DNA of 64,000 bases from Entomortierella parvispora E1425 (GCA_020891255.1 BQFW01000003.1:744001-808000); one strand, 5' to 3'; positions 1-12,711 are shown, numbered from the stretch's first letter. Translations and numbers: made by a program. Notes: generated by a model not told the origin, from the sequence alone.

Positions 1-2294
1 GCTTTTTGTACTCGGTTTTAAATTCCGGCAGGATCAATCCATCTGGACCTCTAGGGAGCGGAGGTCGACCGGGACCACGCTTTACTCCATTGGCGTCATA
101 TCCTTTGATAACCCTGTTGGGGTTACGGGGTCTGCCAACACTTCTCTTGGGGGGTGGAGGTGGAGGGATAAATCCAGGAGGGTACTTCCATGGTGGTCTT
201 CCTGGTCCTCTTTTAACTGGGGGCGTCACGACAGCTGGTATTAACGAAGCCTGACTCGAACCGCCGGCTGCGTTGTTGTTCAGGAAAGCGACCTGGTTGG
301 CTGGGGTAAGGACCTGGGCCATAGGCTGTTGTGCTGACACGGACATTCGAACGGGGAATGGAGGAGGGCGCCCTGCTCCAAGGGGTGGACCAGGAACAAG
401 AACAGGAACAGGGGTCCGTAAAACTCTGCGTCGCAAATTTGGCATGTTGGGAGATGTAACAGATGATGCTGTCTCAGGGGTTGATTCCTGCATACCCGTA
501 GATCGCGCTTTGGATGAAGATTGTGAAACTCCTCCCACGGAGGCTCTGTCATCCTCCGCCATGTCAACATCCACTACCGAGGAAGTATCGCTTGTTGAGC
601 GCTCTCCTGATTTGTTCGAGTTGACTTCTTTCTTCATACTTGAAGTTGATCTAGATCCTCGCTCTTGGTTTGTGTCATCCGCCCTCGCGCCATCAACGGA
701 TCCTGTGCGTGAAAGGGACTTGCGATCGTCTACTTTGGCTGCCACCTTGGCAGCTTGGACGGCGGCTCGCTGCATCCAGTTTCCTTTTGGTGTAATGTAA
801 ACACTGGGGTCGAATTTTTGAATGGGCATTACAGCCGCCCTTCTCTTGGATCGTTGTTCAATAATGTTGTCCCTGCAGACATCACTCGGACTTGGCGTTC
901 GGCGTCTCTTGACACTAGCAGCAATCCCTTCTGAGATGACAGACTCGGCTGTCGAGTCGGCACGTGCACGTGATTTGGGTTCAATGGGGATAGCCCATCC
1001 TGCTGCCACAGCCGCTGCAACTGCAGCCTGTGCCTCGGCCTTCACCGCAATTCTGGCTTCACGAACAATCACTGAGGGGCGATCCACGGTATCGGATCGA
1101 TCACATGGAATTTTAGCCTTAACGCAGCGATGACATACAGTATTGTAGTCGCATCGACGATGTGATTTGCGGCAATGGGCACACGACGTAGGGCCCAAGA
1201 AATAGCCGGGAGGTCTTCCAGGTTTTCTTTTTTGGGGCATCGTCGATGCGCCATTGTCAGAAGATGTTGAGCTCATGGCCGTGCTTGGGTTAGGTGCATA
1301 CGTAGTACGGGCCTTGTCTGCGATCAGCGCATGTGTAAGTCGTGGTTTAGCAAGCACGCTGAGGGGAACTCCGAATCCGGGTACGGTTGTCGACTCTGGA
1401 GCCAAACTGCTATCGATTTTGAATATTGGGACATCCCGCAGTCGCAGATCATCTGAATTAGCGAAAGAAAAGACATCCAGTCTCTCTTCCTTGTCTGATG
1501 CTGCCTCCAGATCGGCCTGTGGTGTTTGGGGACCTGAGGACGATGCATTATCAGCGGGCTCTTCCCTCCATTCTTCTGGATTGGAGTTGGTGACCAAATG
1601 CTGGGTCTGCGGATCAGGCATTGGTACAACCCTCTTAAGTCCAGATCTCAAAGTGGACACAAATGTCCTCCTGGGTCTTTCTGTCAAAGTCTTTTCGGCT
1701 GTGACCGTTGCCGCCCCGTTGGCCTGAAGACGCTCTTGCAGATCTTGCTCCTCATGGGCTCGGTTTTGTCGCTGCATGTTGGCCACCGTCAGATCGGCCA
1801 ACCATCGCCCGCCTACTGGTGTATCCGACGATCCTGAACCATTATCCTTTGTGGGCACTGTTTGATCTAAGGTTATAAACTTCATGTCAGAAATGTTCAA
1901 GATCGGAACAAAACAGTCATCTCAACTCTAGGCAACATTTGGTAGTTTTCTTACCAAAGCTGACAACTCGCTTACTTCGGGTGGCACGCGTCCCTGTGAC
2001 AGCTGCTGGCATGGGTGCATTCACGGCTTTTGGATCCTCCTGTTGGATTCCAGCAGAAGTGGGTGAAGGTAGACTGTCCGGGATCTCTGGGCTGTTTGCG
2101 ATTTCTGGAACTGGTGCCTCCATGGTCAAAGCGTCCAGGCCGGTGTCACGAGAACGCACTGTGATCTCTTCCAGAACGTGGCGAGCCATTGCAATCATGT
2201 CCTCAGTCGCGACCGTCTTTGACAGCTGCATCTGGGCCAACATCTCTTCCTCTGCAGGAAGCATCGCTACCTCGGACTTCTGATCCCTGGGCAT
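1..2294 (-). CDS. Zn(II)2Cys6 binuclear-cluster protein with multiple AT-hooks (3' end runs off the window)
   Basis: Exon 2294-1955, intron GTAAGA..TAG (1954-1867), then an open frame from 1866 to position 1, absent from the ORF track because it has no stop in the window. It encodes CAHCRKSHRRCDYNTVCHRCVKAKIPC (1183-1103) and the AT-hook-like motifs KRKPGRPP, KRGPGRPP, KRSVGRPR and KRGPGRPP. Further upstream exons are possible. Confidence 0.85.
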
Positions 2295-3147
2295 GCTCAC
2301 AGACAGTTTTCTAGATGTTCAAAAGAGAATCGGTCAAAAAGATTGATACAATAGGTTGAACTCAAAGATTGGGAGAGACGCTCTGTTGCTCCCGAGTATG
2401 GCAATGGGATGCAGTCAAAAAGGGTGGCGGATGTAAATCGTAAAAGTGATTGACCGCACGCGATCGAAACACAAAGTGCCCTGAGCTCCTGTGAGAGAGA
2501 GAGCAAAAAGCATTCAGAGGTGGGTGGATTTACAGGGGTAGTCTGTGTGATTGTGCAGGCTGCGTTGAGTGCTGTGGCGACGGGGGATGCAATTGTCCTT
2601 TGCAGGTGGTGGTGTGGGTGTCGAGTGGAGAGTGTAAATAACAAAGAATGAGAGCCGGTGGAGACCGACAGAGGGGACGGGCAGATTGACTAGGGGCATT
2701 TACCTTTTCTTTGCCTTCACGGCCATAGGGGAGCGATGCGGGGAGTGATGCTGGAGATGTTATCGAGTGCCAAACTGGAGAATGGGCCAAGGTCAGATAA
2801 ACAGCAAGGGAGAGTAGAATGAGAGAGAACAATAGAAAAAGGAAAACAGCGAGTCAAGAGACAAAAGAGTGGGTGAGTTCAGGGTCGGACAATCGAATGG
2901 CAGTCTGGAGGGTTCGCGCTGCTTTTGATTGAATTGCCTGCCTGCCTGTCTGTCTGTCTTGAGAGTTGATAACGGACGGGAGTGGCGGATGAGCAAAGTC
3001 GCCTGGAAGCGGACTCTGGGGTGGGAGGACGGATAGTGTGAATGTGGAATAAAATATAAAATATAAGAAAGCGAGAATAACACGGAGGAGGAATGGTGGC
3101 AAATAAGCTCGATGAGGATGGTCGATGATCCCAACACAGGACAGCGT

Positions 3148-3198
3148 GGATGGGATGGATGGATGGATGGATGGATGGATGGATGGATGGATGGATGG
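3148..3198. repeat. (GGAT)n microsatellite
   Basis: About 12 tandem GGAT units, read directly. Confidence 0.95.
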
Positions 3199-4145
3199 CG
3201 GGAGAGAAGAGTGATTGACGGGAGAGAGAGAAGGAGAGAGAGGAAGAGAAGGGAAGAGAGAAAGGGAAAGAAAGAGGAGAGAAAGAGAGGAAAGCAGCCC
3301 GTAGACGCGAACAGAGGCAAATAAAGGGGGGGATGAGAAGCAAAGACAAAAGAGCGCCTGCGGGAAAGAAGGGAGCCAGCCACGACGGCCAATGCCTGTC
3401 CTGTCGGCACATAAACCCTGCCTCTTCACCCGTCTTTCTTTATCATGCCTCCGTGGAGGTGCCTTCCGCGCTGCCAACATGGTCGTCGTCATCATCACCC
3501 TCCGAGGATTTACTGGGTAAAGAATGCCCGCCATATCGAAGGATTTGATGAATACCGACAATTGGACATCCAGCTCGTCCATATGTCCATCTCGCACCGT
3601 CATGGCCCCAATGCTGATAGAGGTTCCATCTGGAAGAAAGTAGGGACTGGCCCAGGAGGAAGAGCAGCAAACATGGGTAGATAGAAAGCAAGTGAATATG
3701 CTTGAACACTCAGGGGGGACCGCCACGGTTTTCCCGAGGACAGACACACCCCACCCTGAAGAGTCCCCTCCTTTGGCCCTTACGTATGTCATCCCCTCAA
3801 AGGATTGTTGACAGCCCGTGACATGGGAACAAAAGAAACACAATCTCATATTTCCAGACCGCGGCGCTGGCCCTCAACCATGGCATGATCACAGATTAAA
3901 AGGAGAGTTTAGTCCGCAGAAGACAAGTACCGCGCCCAACAAGGACACTTGCCGTTGTCAAGGTCCCAGAATGTTATCTCAAAGACTCAGCTTGTCAGAG
4001 GACGGTTTCCTTATCGATTCTGGTTCCCTTTTTTTTTTTTTTTTTTTTTTTATTGTTATGATATGACTGAGGCAAAGAAATCACTTCCGCAACAGCAGTG
4101 AAAATAAAAGAAAAAAAAATGAAAAAAATGATGTATGATGTTCTT

Positions 4146-6308
4146 TTAAAAGAACCTTGGACCCCAAGTCGAGGATGGCGGTGTCTCTTCAGGATTGCAG
4201 GTCGTACCCATACACCAAGCACTGTCTTTGACCCTGCCAATGCGCCAGCGTTCTTCTGGCTTTGACCGAAACATGTTTTGCAGCAACTCCTTGGCCTCTG
4301 GACTGCACTGTGGAGGCTCCTCATACCGTCCATTCAGGATCTGGAACTGCAGTCGGGGCTCATATTCGTCTTGGAAGGGCAGTCGTCCGGTCAAAAGTGC
4401 ATACAGAACCACCCCCAAGGACCACACATCCGAGGAGGGGCATCGCAGGGGCTTGGAAGACCGCAACTGCTCGGGTGAACAATAGGCGAGTGATCCCCCC
4501 ACAGTGTCTTCCTCCAAGGGGGAGTCTTCCTCCAATGGGCCACCTCCGCCACACGAGGCCGCCACCAGACCACCACCGCCACAAGCCGGTGTGGTGGGTG
4601 AATACAATGTGTCCCCAAACTGAGCCGCCACCTCTGCATCCTGGTACTCGGCCAGCCCAAAATCACAAATCTTCCAAGAGCCGTCGTCATGCAACAGGAT
4701 ATTTTCGAGCTTAATATCCCTGTGAACAATTTTGAGCACCTCATGAAGGTACCGCAATGCCTCCGCGACCTGGTTGAAGATCACCCGGGCTTCGCCTTCA
4801 TCCAGACCTTTGGTCGCCACATCACCAGCAGTCGGAATCGTGGATCGTTGGTTCGTAATGTAGTCCAAGAGGCGGCCTCCGCTGCAAAGCTCGCAAAAGA
4901 TAAACGTGCATGCTTCCAGCTTTTCAACCTGCACTAGCGACAATGCATTGGGGTGAGCAATTCGAGACCAAATCGCAATCTCCTTATTCAACATCCTCTG
5001 CACTCGCTCGTTGTTCGCCGCTCCTGTCTGGGTTTTGACAATCTTGACCGCCAGTTTGCTTGGTTGAGTGTCTGGGTCCATTCGAAAAGCTTCACGCACA
5101 ACAGAGAATCCTCCATGGCCAATGACCTTTCCCATAATAAAACCCCCCACCTGTGCTCCTTCTTCGTCCGGTTGAACCGTCGGTGCAGTCACGTCGACAA
5201 AGTTGGACAGAAAGGCAACGGCAGGAGAGTAAGGAAGCGAACTATAGGAGGATGAGGTGACCATTAGAATCTGGCTTTTTTGACTCCCCCCTGAAGAACC
5301 TTGGGTATGTTGTGAGGACCGCGATCCTGGATAGTTCAAAGAAGATATAGACTGTGCGCGATGGTTACGGTTAATAGGGACGCCGGGGGTGGTCGAGTAG
5401 CCCTCCCGGTCTCTCCAAGTGAAGGAAGGCGAGGCAGCAATGCTATATCGCCTCGTGTTGTCTGTTGGCATGGGGGGCGAAGGAACCGGTGCTGAGGTCT
5501 GATTGTCCCGGGGTGTGCTTGATACTGTGGAGACATTTGCAGCAGACGGCTTTGACTGAGAAGATTGTGGGGTTGCAGTATTTGAAGATGGGTCTTTCTT
5601 TTGACCATCCTTGGTTGATCCGCCTTTTTTCTGCCTATCTCTGTCCAGTGCTAGCGACAACTGACTGGCACTTCCTGCACTTCCTGGTTGCCATGAGGAC
5701 GACTGGACTGAAGGTGTCCAAGACCGTGTCAAGGGGGCCGATGGCCACCCTTCCTTCACAACTGGGACCCGGTCTGCACTCGGCCCCGAGCTTTTCAACT
5801 GAAGAGAGAGCGCAGATGTCTGCTGACTAGGTGCTGGTGCAGGACTGAAACGCTTTTGAAGACTGAGTGGCGATGTATCGATAGAGATCTTTGGCCGATG
5901 GTGAGGTCGTCCACTGGGAGACGCAGAGCCTGGATCTGGTGATCCTGGAGAGATAAACTGGCTGCTGTCTACGCTACGTCCTAGAAGGGACGTGTCAAAT
6001 CCTCTTTCAAGATGCGGCTCCTTCTTCCTTTGCTTTCTCTGATCGGCTGCCGAGTCTGCTGGGTTTGTCTTTAGAGCATCAAGACGTTTGATCAAGCTTG
6101 GACTAACGATGCCGTTGCGGGAGTGGCCCTCTGGCGGTCCTTTTGGATAGACATCTTTGTCATCTGGGTCGCCCATACCGGGACCAGAGAGCTCGATCTC
6201 CGAGGCCAACGAAGTCTGGGTCTTATGGTGAGAATGAGAAGGACTGGAAGAGGAAGAGGATGGCGGCGGGGAAGGAGGGAGTGGCTGTGCGGCGATCGTC
6301 ATTCCCAC
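4146..6308 (-). CDS. Ser/Thr protein kinase, CAMK group (Nnk1/SNF1-like), long S/P-rich N-terminus
   Basis: Single 720 aa ORF with GKVIGHGGFSVV, AVKIVK, HRDIKLEN, DFG, GGSLAYCSPE and DVWSLGVVLY motifs. Confidence 0.95.
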   Translation of the reverse strand: MGMTIAAQPLPPSPPPSSSSSSPSHSHHKTQTSLASEIELSGPGMGDPDDKDVYPKGPPEGHSRNGIVSPSLIKRLDALKTNPADSAADQRKQRKKEPHLERGFDTSLLGRSVDSSQFISPGSPDPGSASPSGRPHHRPKISIDTSPLSLQKRFSPAPAPSQQTSALSLQLKSSGPSADRVPVVKEGWPSAPLTRSWTPSVQSSSWQPGSAGSASQLSLALDRDRQKKGGSTKDGQKKDPSSNTATPQSSQSKPSAANVSTVSSTPRDNQTSAPVPSPPMPTDNTRRYSIAASPSFTWRDREGYSTTPGVPINRNHRAQSISSLNYPGSRSSQHTQGSSGGSQKSQILMVTSSSYSSLPYSPAVAFLSNFVDVTAPTVQPDEEGAQVGGFIMGKVIGHGGFSVVREAFRMDPDTQPSKLAVKIVKTQTGAANNERVQRMLNKEIAIWSRIAHPNALSLVQVEKLEACTFIFCELCSGGRLLDYITNQRSTIPTAGDVATKGLDEGEARVIFNQVAEALRYLHEVLKIVHRDIKLENILLHDDGSWKICDFGLAEYQDAEVAAQFGDTLYSPTTPACGGGGLVAASCGGGGPLEEDSPLEEDTVGGSLAYCSPEQLRSSKPLRCPSSDVWSLGVVLYALLTGRLPFQDEYEPRLQFQILNGRYEEPPQCSPEAKELLQNMFRSKPEERWRIGRVKDSAWCMGTTCNPEETPPSSTWGPRFF

Positions 6309-6914
6309 TCGAGTGCTGAACAGCAGAGAAGCTACGGGTGAAAAAGGAAGATGAAGGTGTATATGGTCGAGCGGAATGAAAAAACAGCTCCAGCAGCGGC
6401 AATGGCGTTTGAAAGAGGATAGGCAGAGTCAGTGGTGGAGAACAAAGGGAAAAAAAGAAACGTTCCCCGGACGGTACCAACAATGTGATTATTTCGCACA
6501 CCCCACGCCAGCAGAGCAAAGGTGGCGGTGTGACCATCTGAGACCAGGGCCTTTGTTGCACCTGGCCAATGGGAGCAGGGGGTCCCCTCCGCGACTGATT
6601 GTTTCGTTCCTTCTACGACGTTTTGCTTCTTTCCTTCTGCCTCGTCCTGGTTGGGCCCGCCTGTTGTTCTGTCGAGATCCAAATGACGTTTTTAGGCAGG
6701 TAAGAAAAAGATCCGCCTCTGCCCTGGAACCGGCCGCGTCGAGACTCCTAGCGCAACTTGCCAGATCAAAACAGGATGTTTATTGTACATGTTCATGGGA
6801 ATGGGGCGTAATAAAAGTACACAAAAATGAGAGGGAGGGAGGGCGATCACGAAAAAAAAAAGAAACTTCAAAACGAGACCAAGGGTAAAGTACTCTCGCT
6901 CATTAGCAACGGGT

Positions 6915-9900
6915 TTAGTTTGAACGGTTCAGTGCGCGCTCGTGGCCTCCATGCAACGAGACCTGATCTGCACTTTGGATATCTACTCCGGGGAGCACGG
7001 TTTCGATAAGCTCCGCAGAAAATACGGCACGCAATTGCTCCATCGGGACAGAGTCCAGTCCAAGGTCGGTCAGAACCTCAGTGTCCGAGATGATGCTCAT
7101 CTCTTCTTGATGAGGGATCGAGATCTCGATGTTAGCTGTAGACTCTTCAGAAGGATGATGTCGCTTGCTCTTGCCGCTAAAATGGGTTGGGTAGATTGTA
7201 TCGGATCGTCAGCATCGATTGCAGACACAGGTAAAGCAAACAGCATAGGAATGAAGGATTTACCTGGATCTTGCTTTCTGTTCATCACGAACTCGTCGGA
7301 CAACTGTGATTCCGCCTTCAGAGTCTGAGCTCTGTCCAGCGTAACCCTCCATCTGCACCATGACAAAGGGCAGTTGCAATTTCTGGGCTTCTTTTTGCTG
7401 CCTCTTCAGTGCCCTCTTCTCCTTGCGCTCGCGTCTTTCTTTTCGCTCTCTCTTTTCTTGCTCCTTTCGTAGAGCTGCATCCTCACTGTCACCAGTATCC
7501 GTATCCATGATTGTGACTCCTTCCATATCCTCACCCCTTCCGATGGGTGTCTGGGAAGGCTGCCGCGAGGATCTCCTCCGTCGGCGTGGCTCAGACCCAG
7601 CACGAAGACGGACCTCACTGTGGTCATCGCTACATCCTTGTGGACCTACGTCGGTCATGTCTTGATCCCCACCAGACGATGCAGCTTGCGCTCGTGCAGC
7701 TCGTTTTTCGGCTCTTCTCTGTCGTCGCCGCTCCTCCTTTTCTTGCTCTTTGGATTCGCGGCGTTTGTTTCTCTGAACGAGATTTAGAACTTGCACATGC
7801 TAAGAGGGTTGGTACAAAGAGACAAGACGTGACAATGAGTTCATCTGCTTTCTGTGCCATTGTTGCGCTGTTGCATTGTTGTCAAATTGACGCATGCTCA
7901 CCTTAGCGGCCTGATCTTTGAGTTGAGCAAGCTCCAATTCGTTGCCCAACTTTAAAGCATCGACTTCTCGCTTTGTTAGCAAAAAAAAAGGGGATACAAG
8001 ATGGTTAGCTTTACCATTGCAGAAATGCCCATGATCCTCCTGTCCAGTTGGAGTCTTTACCTGCAACTTCTCAATCTCCATGTCATCATCCTCAGGCTCC
8101 TCGCTCTCCTCATCCTCGGGTTCCTCTGATGGCTCATCCACGCCTGTAAGCGCAGCCACGGCAAGACGTTTCGCAATGGTCTTTGAGATACTGTTGACCA
8201 CCAGAGATTCTTGGATACCGACCCAACGAAAGTCCTTGTTTTCGTCCATGGAAATAACACCCAGTGCTTCCAAAACATTCAGTGCATCGTAAACGCGCCG
8301 TCGAATGTTCTACATTCAGAGACAAAAAATTGGTGGCGTTAGTTTCGAAACATGAACGGGATGAAAAAAAACCCTTCGTTGTTTGTCTCGGTCGACTCAC
8401 CTCTTGACCAGGGGCTTCTGGTGCACCCTCCACTAGCTCGCCTTTTGCCCCAGAGAGTTCGTGCACAATCTAATGAAAATTGAATCGTACACAAGAAAAT
8501 GGGGTGAGATTGAGTATTGGAGGACGGAGATGTGCACAAGCATCAGTACAAAAAAAAAAAAAAAAAACGCGTCAAGTATGCTTTCGCGCGTTCATCAGCG
8601 TCCATTCTTACTCTTGAAACCGAGACCACGTCGGTGGTGGCCTGGACCCTTTCACAAACCCGTTGAGCGTAAATGCGAAGGCCATGGCCCGTCATCGACT
8701 GATTGCCAGTGGCAGCATTGGCCTCCTCTTCGATTCTGCACACAAAGATAAACAGCAAAACAAAAGCGGTCAAATTTACCATCCTCACGAAACACCTCTT
8801 TTGTGTTGTTGTTGTCGTTGTTGCCAAACAAAGACAAAACAACAAAGAAAAAAACAGGGTAAAGACTTACTCGTCCAAAACATCCCCTAACGACGTTCTC
8901 CGTGAGGTCGCCGGGATGGCTCGTTTTCGAGACGTCTTCACCTTTTTGGATGATTGGGATAGATGGAGATCATCCTCATCCTCTTCGAGATTAAAGCTGT
9001 CAGTGAGACTTTGCTTTCTGCTGCTAGAGATGGAGATGTCTCCAGACATGGCCATGGATACTTCTGCTCCCCCGCAAACATCGTGTCCGTCTTTCTCAAC
9101 AGAGTCCGTTTTCGCAGGTTTACGGGAAGAGGCGGGCGACGAGCTGGCTGACATGCTAGTCTTATTTCTGTCCATCGCTCGATAGTGACCCTGTTCCCGT
9201 TCTCGCATTTCCATGTCGTCCTCGTGGTTCCATGAATACGAAGTCGCGCTCATGGCATGGTGCGATGTCGGCGTTTTGATTCGCTCTCGATAATCGACAG
9301 GCGAATCCATGAGTGGATACGAAAGGACTGCACCCCCCAAGTGGCGTGGCAAGGAACGTGGTGTCGCAGGGGACGGTCCAGACCGACTGGAAGTGCTGCT
9401 GATAGTCAGACCGCTGAGAGGAGGACAATCAAAGGAGGAGGAGGAGCTATGGCGTGTGTTGGATGAAGTGGAGAGTTGGGTGCGAATTGGTGGCGGTGGC
9501 TGTACTCCTTGGGAGCCTTGATCCACGGGCAACCTCCATGATGGTGAGTGATGTTCTATCGGTTGTTGAGGGCGGTAGAGGCCCTGTTGCTCCTCGGCAT
9601 GGGCCTGGTCGTGGGCCTGGTCGTGATAATGTGGATCGCGATGCAGCAATGGCCGCCGGGGCAGAGGGGGGATATAACTGTATCGCTCTTGATTGGAATG
9701 ACTGTGAGTGGCTCTGTGACCCAACTGGTGCACAAACGACTCTGGTCCGTGATTCAATCGCTGGATGGACCTGGGAAAAGTGTCGGCGATATGGGGAGGA
9801 TAGGTGGAGCGTGTGGGATAGTCAAGGGGCGAAGAAGAAGGAGAAAAGGCAGAGACCGAAGACACAGAAGTTGGAGGTGAAAGAAGTTGGTCATACGAGG

Positions 9901-10132
9901 AAGGAGATGTAGCCGTGGAAGGGTACTGTGTGAATGAGGAATGTCGATGGTGATGACTTTGTGGAGGATGTTGATTCGAATGAGTGGACAGGTGGTGGTG
10001 TTGACTAGGGTGCTGGTGCTGGTGCTGGTTGGAGTGCTCCTGCTGAGTATGATGCGCAGGGTGGTGCTGAGGTGCAGCAGAGGCGTGTGGAGGACCCGCC
10101 GGGACTGAGGGGTGGCCGGCAAGAGGTCGCAT
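6915..10132 (-). CDS. E2F/DP-family transcription factor, DP-type
   Basis: Spliced exons give GLRIYAQRVCERVQ, IVHEL, NIRRRVYDALNVLEALGVISMD..FRWVG (DEF box / winged helix), then LNLVQRN, LPFVMV and ISDTEVLTDLGL (DP dimerisation-domain landmarks). The first exon is long and H/Q/S/P-rich. About 6 GT-AG introns. Confidence 0.9.
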
Positions 10133-11727
10133 GGGGCGTTTGGGATCTAAGGACTATCTATGTGCGCGCTGCGGTCTGCGGGGGACAAGCGGGCTTGTGC
10201 TGTGCAATGTGCCTGGGTGTCTGTCTGCTTGTTGTCTGTCTATCTGTGGCGTGCGTGTGTGTGTGTGCAGGTGCAGTTTGTGGGAGAGAAGAGGAGAGAA
10301 GAAGCAACAATGCAACAAACCATGGGCCAAAGAGGAGGGCGAGGAAAGAGGGGGGGAGAGGAAGAGGACGGGGGCGACAAACACAACATGGTCAGTCAGT
10401 CAGTCAGTCAGTCACTGGGTTCATTCAATTCATTGCACAAAATGAAAGGTGCCGTTGCACTGCAGAGCAGAGTGCAGTGCTGCAAGCACAAAGTGAAGAG
10501 CGGAGTGGAGAGGCGGATGGTCAAGGCAACGCAGCAAGGCAAGGCACACAGGGGTGGAGGGATGTGGTTTTTTTGCTTTCTTTTGTTTTTGTTTTTGGGT
10601 TATTGTTGTTTGTCACTTTTGGGTCCGCCTCCATGCGTGCGATCGGAGCAGGCTTCGCCATGGTTGCTGTTGATGCTGGTGCTGCGACCGTTGCAATCAT
10701 ACAAGGGGTAGGTCTGTGGAAGGATAGAAGGGTGGACGGAGGATACAAAAAAAAAAAAAAAAAAAAGGGAAAAAGAGAGGGCAAGAAACAGAGGTGGAGC
10801 AATGGCCAGGAAGGTGCAGGGGACACGATAGTCAAAGGTGCGATGGTAGCAGCAGGCGCGCACAACGATGTGCCTGCACCCTTCACACAACACATACCCT
10901 TCGCACACGCCAAGGGAGGGAGGAGGGATGTCTACATTGTCCGTTCCCGCTGCTTATCCAACCGATATGTTGTCATCAGAGGGTCGCTCCTGCCCGTGCA
11001 GGCTGACCCTTGAAGGGCACCCTTGCTCTCTCCTTGCTTCTCCGTCTCTTCTCTGCCTTTTTTCAATTTTTTTTTTTTTATACATGTCGCCAAAGTGAGT
11101 GATTCTGATCTTCTCTTTCTCATCCTCTCTTCATCCTCATCCTCCTTCTTCCTCATGTTCAAATAGTCACTTCCCAAAAAAACAATTCTCTTTACTGCGC
11201 GCGCACCCTTTTTTCCCATGCATGCCCTGACTGATCCCTTTCCACTCACTCCCCATGGAACAAAGCGAATGCCTGCTCAGTCAAGGGGTTGAGGTGGTGA
11301 CTTTGCACTATTCTCCCTTCTCCCTTGACTGCCTTGTCGTTTGCATCCCCAGACGTGTCAATGTTCAGTGTCTCTTGAACTGAATAGCCCAGTGTTTGCC
11401 TGGTTGAGAAAGTATTTGTGAGGGTAGCGTAGAAGCTATGTTTACCTTTTTTTTTTTTTTTTTTACTATTTTGGTGGCGATAGAGTAATGCAAAGGTCGT
11501 TGGTCGGGGACGTGTTCGCAGGAGGGGGAAGGGAGAAAGCGTGTGTCTGTCTGTTCGTTGTGCGTAGGTGCTGTGTGTATGCGTTCTGTGTGCCGAGGAA
11601 GATAAGAGGAAAATAAATTTTGAGGAAAAAAAGAGGAGTGCAAAATGGGAGAGACAAGGAAAGAAATCCGACCATGGCCCATGGTCTCTCCCCCCAATCC
11701 CCCCTCCCCCGTCTTTGCGATAAACAC

Positions 11728-11750
11728 CATCCATCCATCCATCCATCCAT
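11728..11750. repeat. (CCAT)n microsatellite
   Basis: Tandem CCAT units, read directly. Confidence 0.85.
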
Positions 11751-12711
11751 ACAGCATGCCTTGTTGTCAGTCACTTTCAGTACAGGCTTTTTTTTTTTTT
11801 TTCCCTCCCTGTTTGCAACCCTATTCCCGATTCGTTACTCAACCGCCTCTTGGTTTATTTTTATTCTCTTTTTTTTTTTGTGTGTTCATGTTCTCTTGTT
11901 CCCTTGCTTCTCGTGGATCAAAGCATTCAATTTTTTTTTTTTTTTTGTGTTCGATTTTCGATGTGGCACCAGAGGCCAATTCGCGGTTTTTTTTTTGTTC
12001 TTCAAGGTTTTTTTGTAGCCAATATTGGCTCAGTGCGCGGATTGGGGCGCGCGGCGGCCTCATTTCCTGGGTCCGCGGCTCATTGATGTGGTGCGCATCT
12101 GACCTGCTTGATGGTCACCAGACGCACCTCAATTTGACGCGTCTCGTTGGCCAGAATACGCGTTTGCTCCGTTTCCTGTTCACAAAAAAGCCTTTTTTAT
12201 TCTTTCTGACAAAGCGCCCGGGAACATACAAAATAATAATAATAATAATAATACAAGGAAGGCGAACGCGTGTTCCTTGGCAGGAGAGTACAACCACTCC
12301 CTCGCCCCTTCCACTATCGCTCTCAGCTCTACGGGAATACTTCGCCTCCGACAACTCGGTAGAGACTAAACCACATGTTATTTTCGATACGAGAGCTAGT
12401 TCATTTGTGCCTGTGCGTGGGGACGGCTTGTTTGCTGGTACGAGTTCCATGAACAGCTTCCAAAGCAACAGGGCATAATGTTGCAGTTTTCAGTTCTAAA
12501 TCCCTTTTACTGAATGTTTAATATTTCTATTTCGACACTGGCATCTTCAGACAACGAACAAAGAAAACAGAGGTCTAAAGTTGAAGGTCCTGCACACTGC
12601 CGGTCAACAGCAATTGCTCACGATGAGAAGGAGAAGGCGGAGAGAGGGGATGGAATAAATGTACATGATAAAGTAGAGGATTCGTAGCTGGCCAATCGTT
12701 CATCTTGTCCT

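Noticed and set aside
2297-3412. Several long F/L/S-rich or G/R/E-rich ORFs, including HPSIHPSI and WMDGWMDG repeats
   Set aside because: These are translations of CT-rich promoter/UTR DNA and the GGAT microsatellite, not protein-like sequence.
10072-12478. 313 aa, 277 aa and other ORFs upstream of the DP gene
   Set aside because: Low-complexity intergenic sequence with poly-A/T runs read as poly-K/F; no domain signal.
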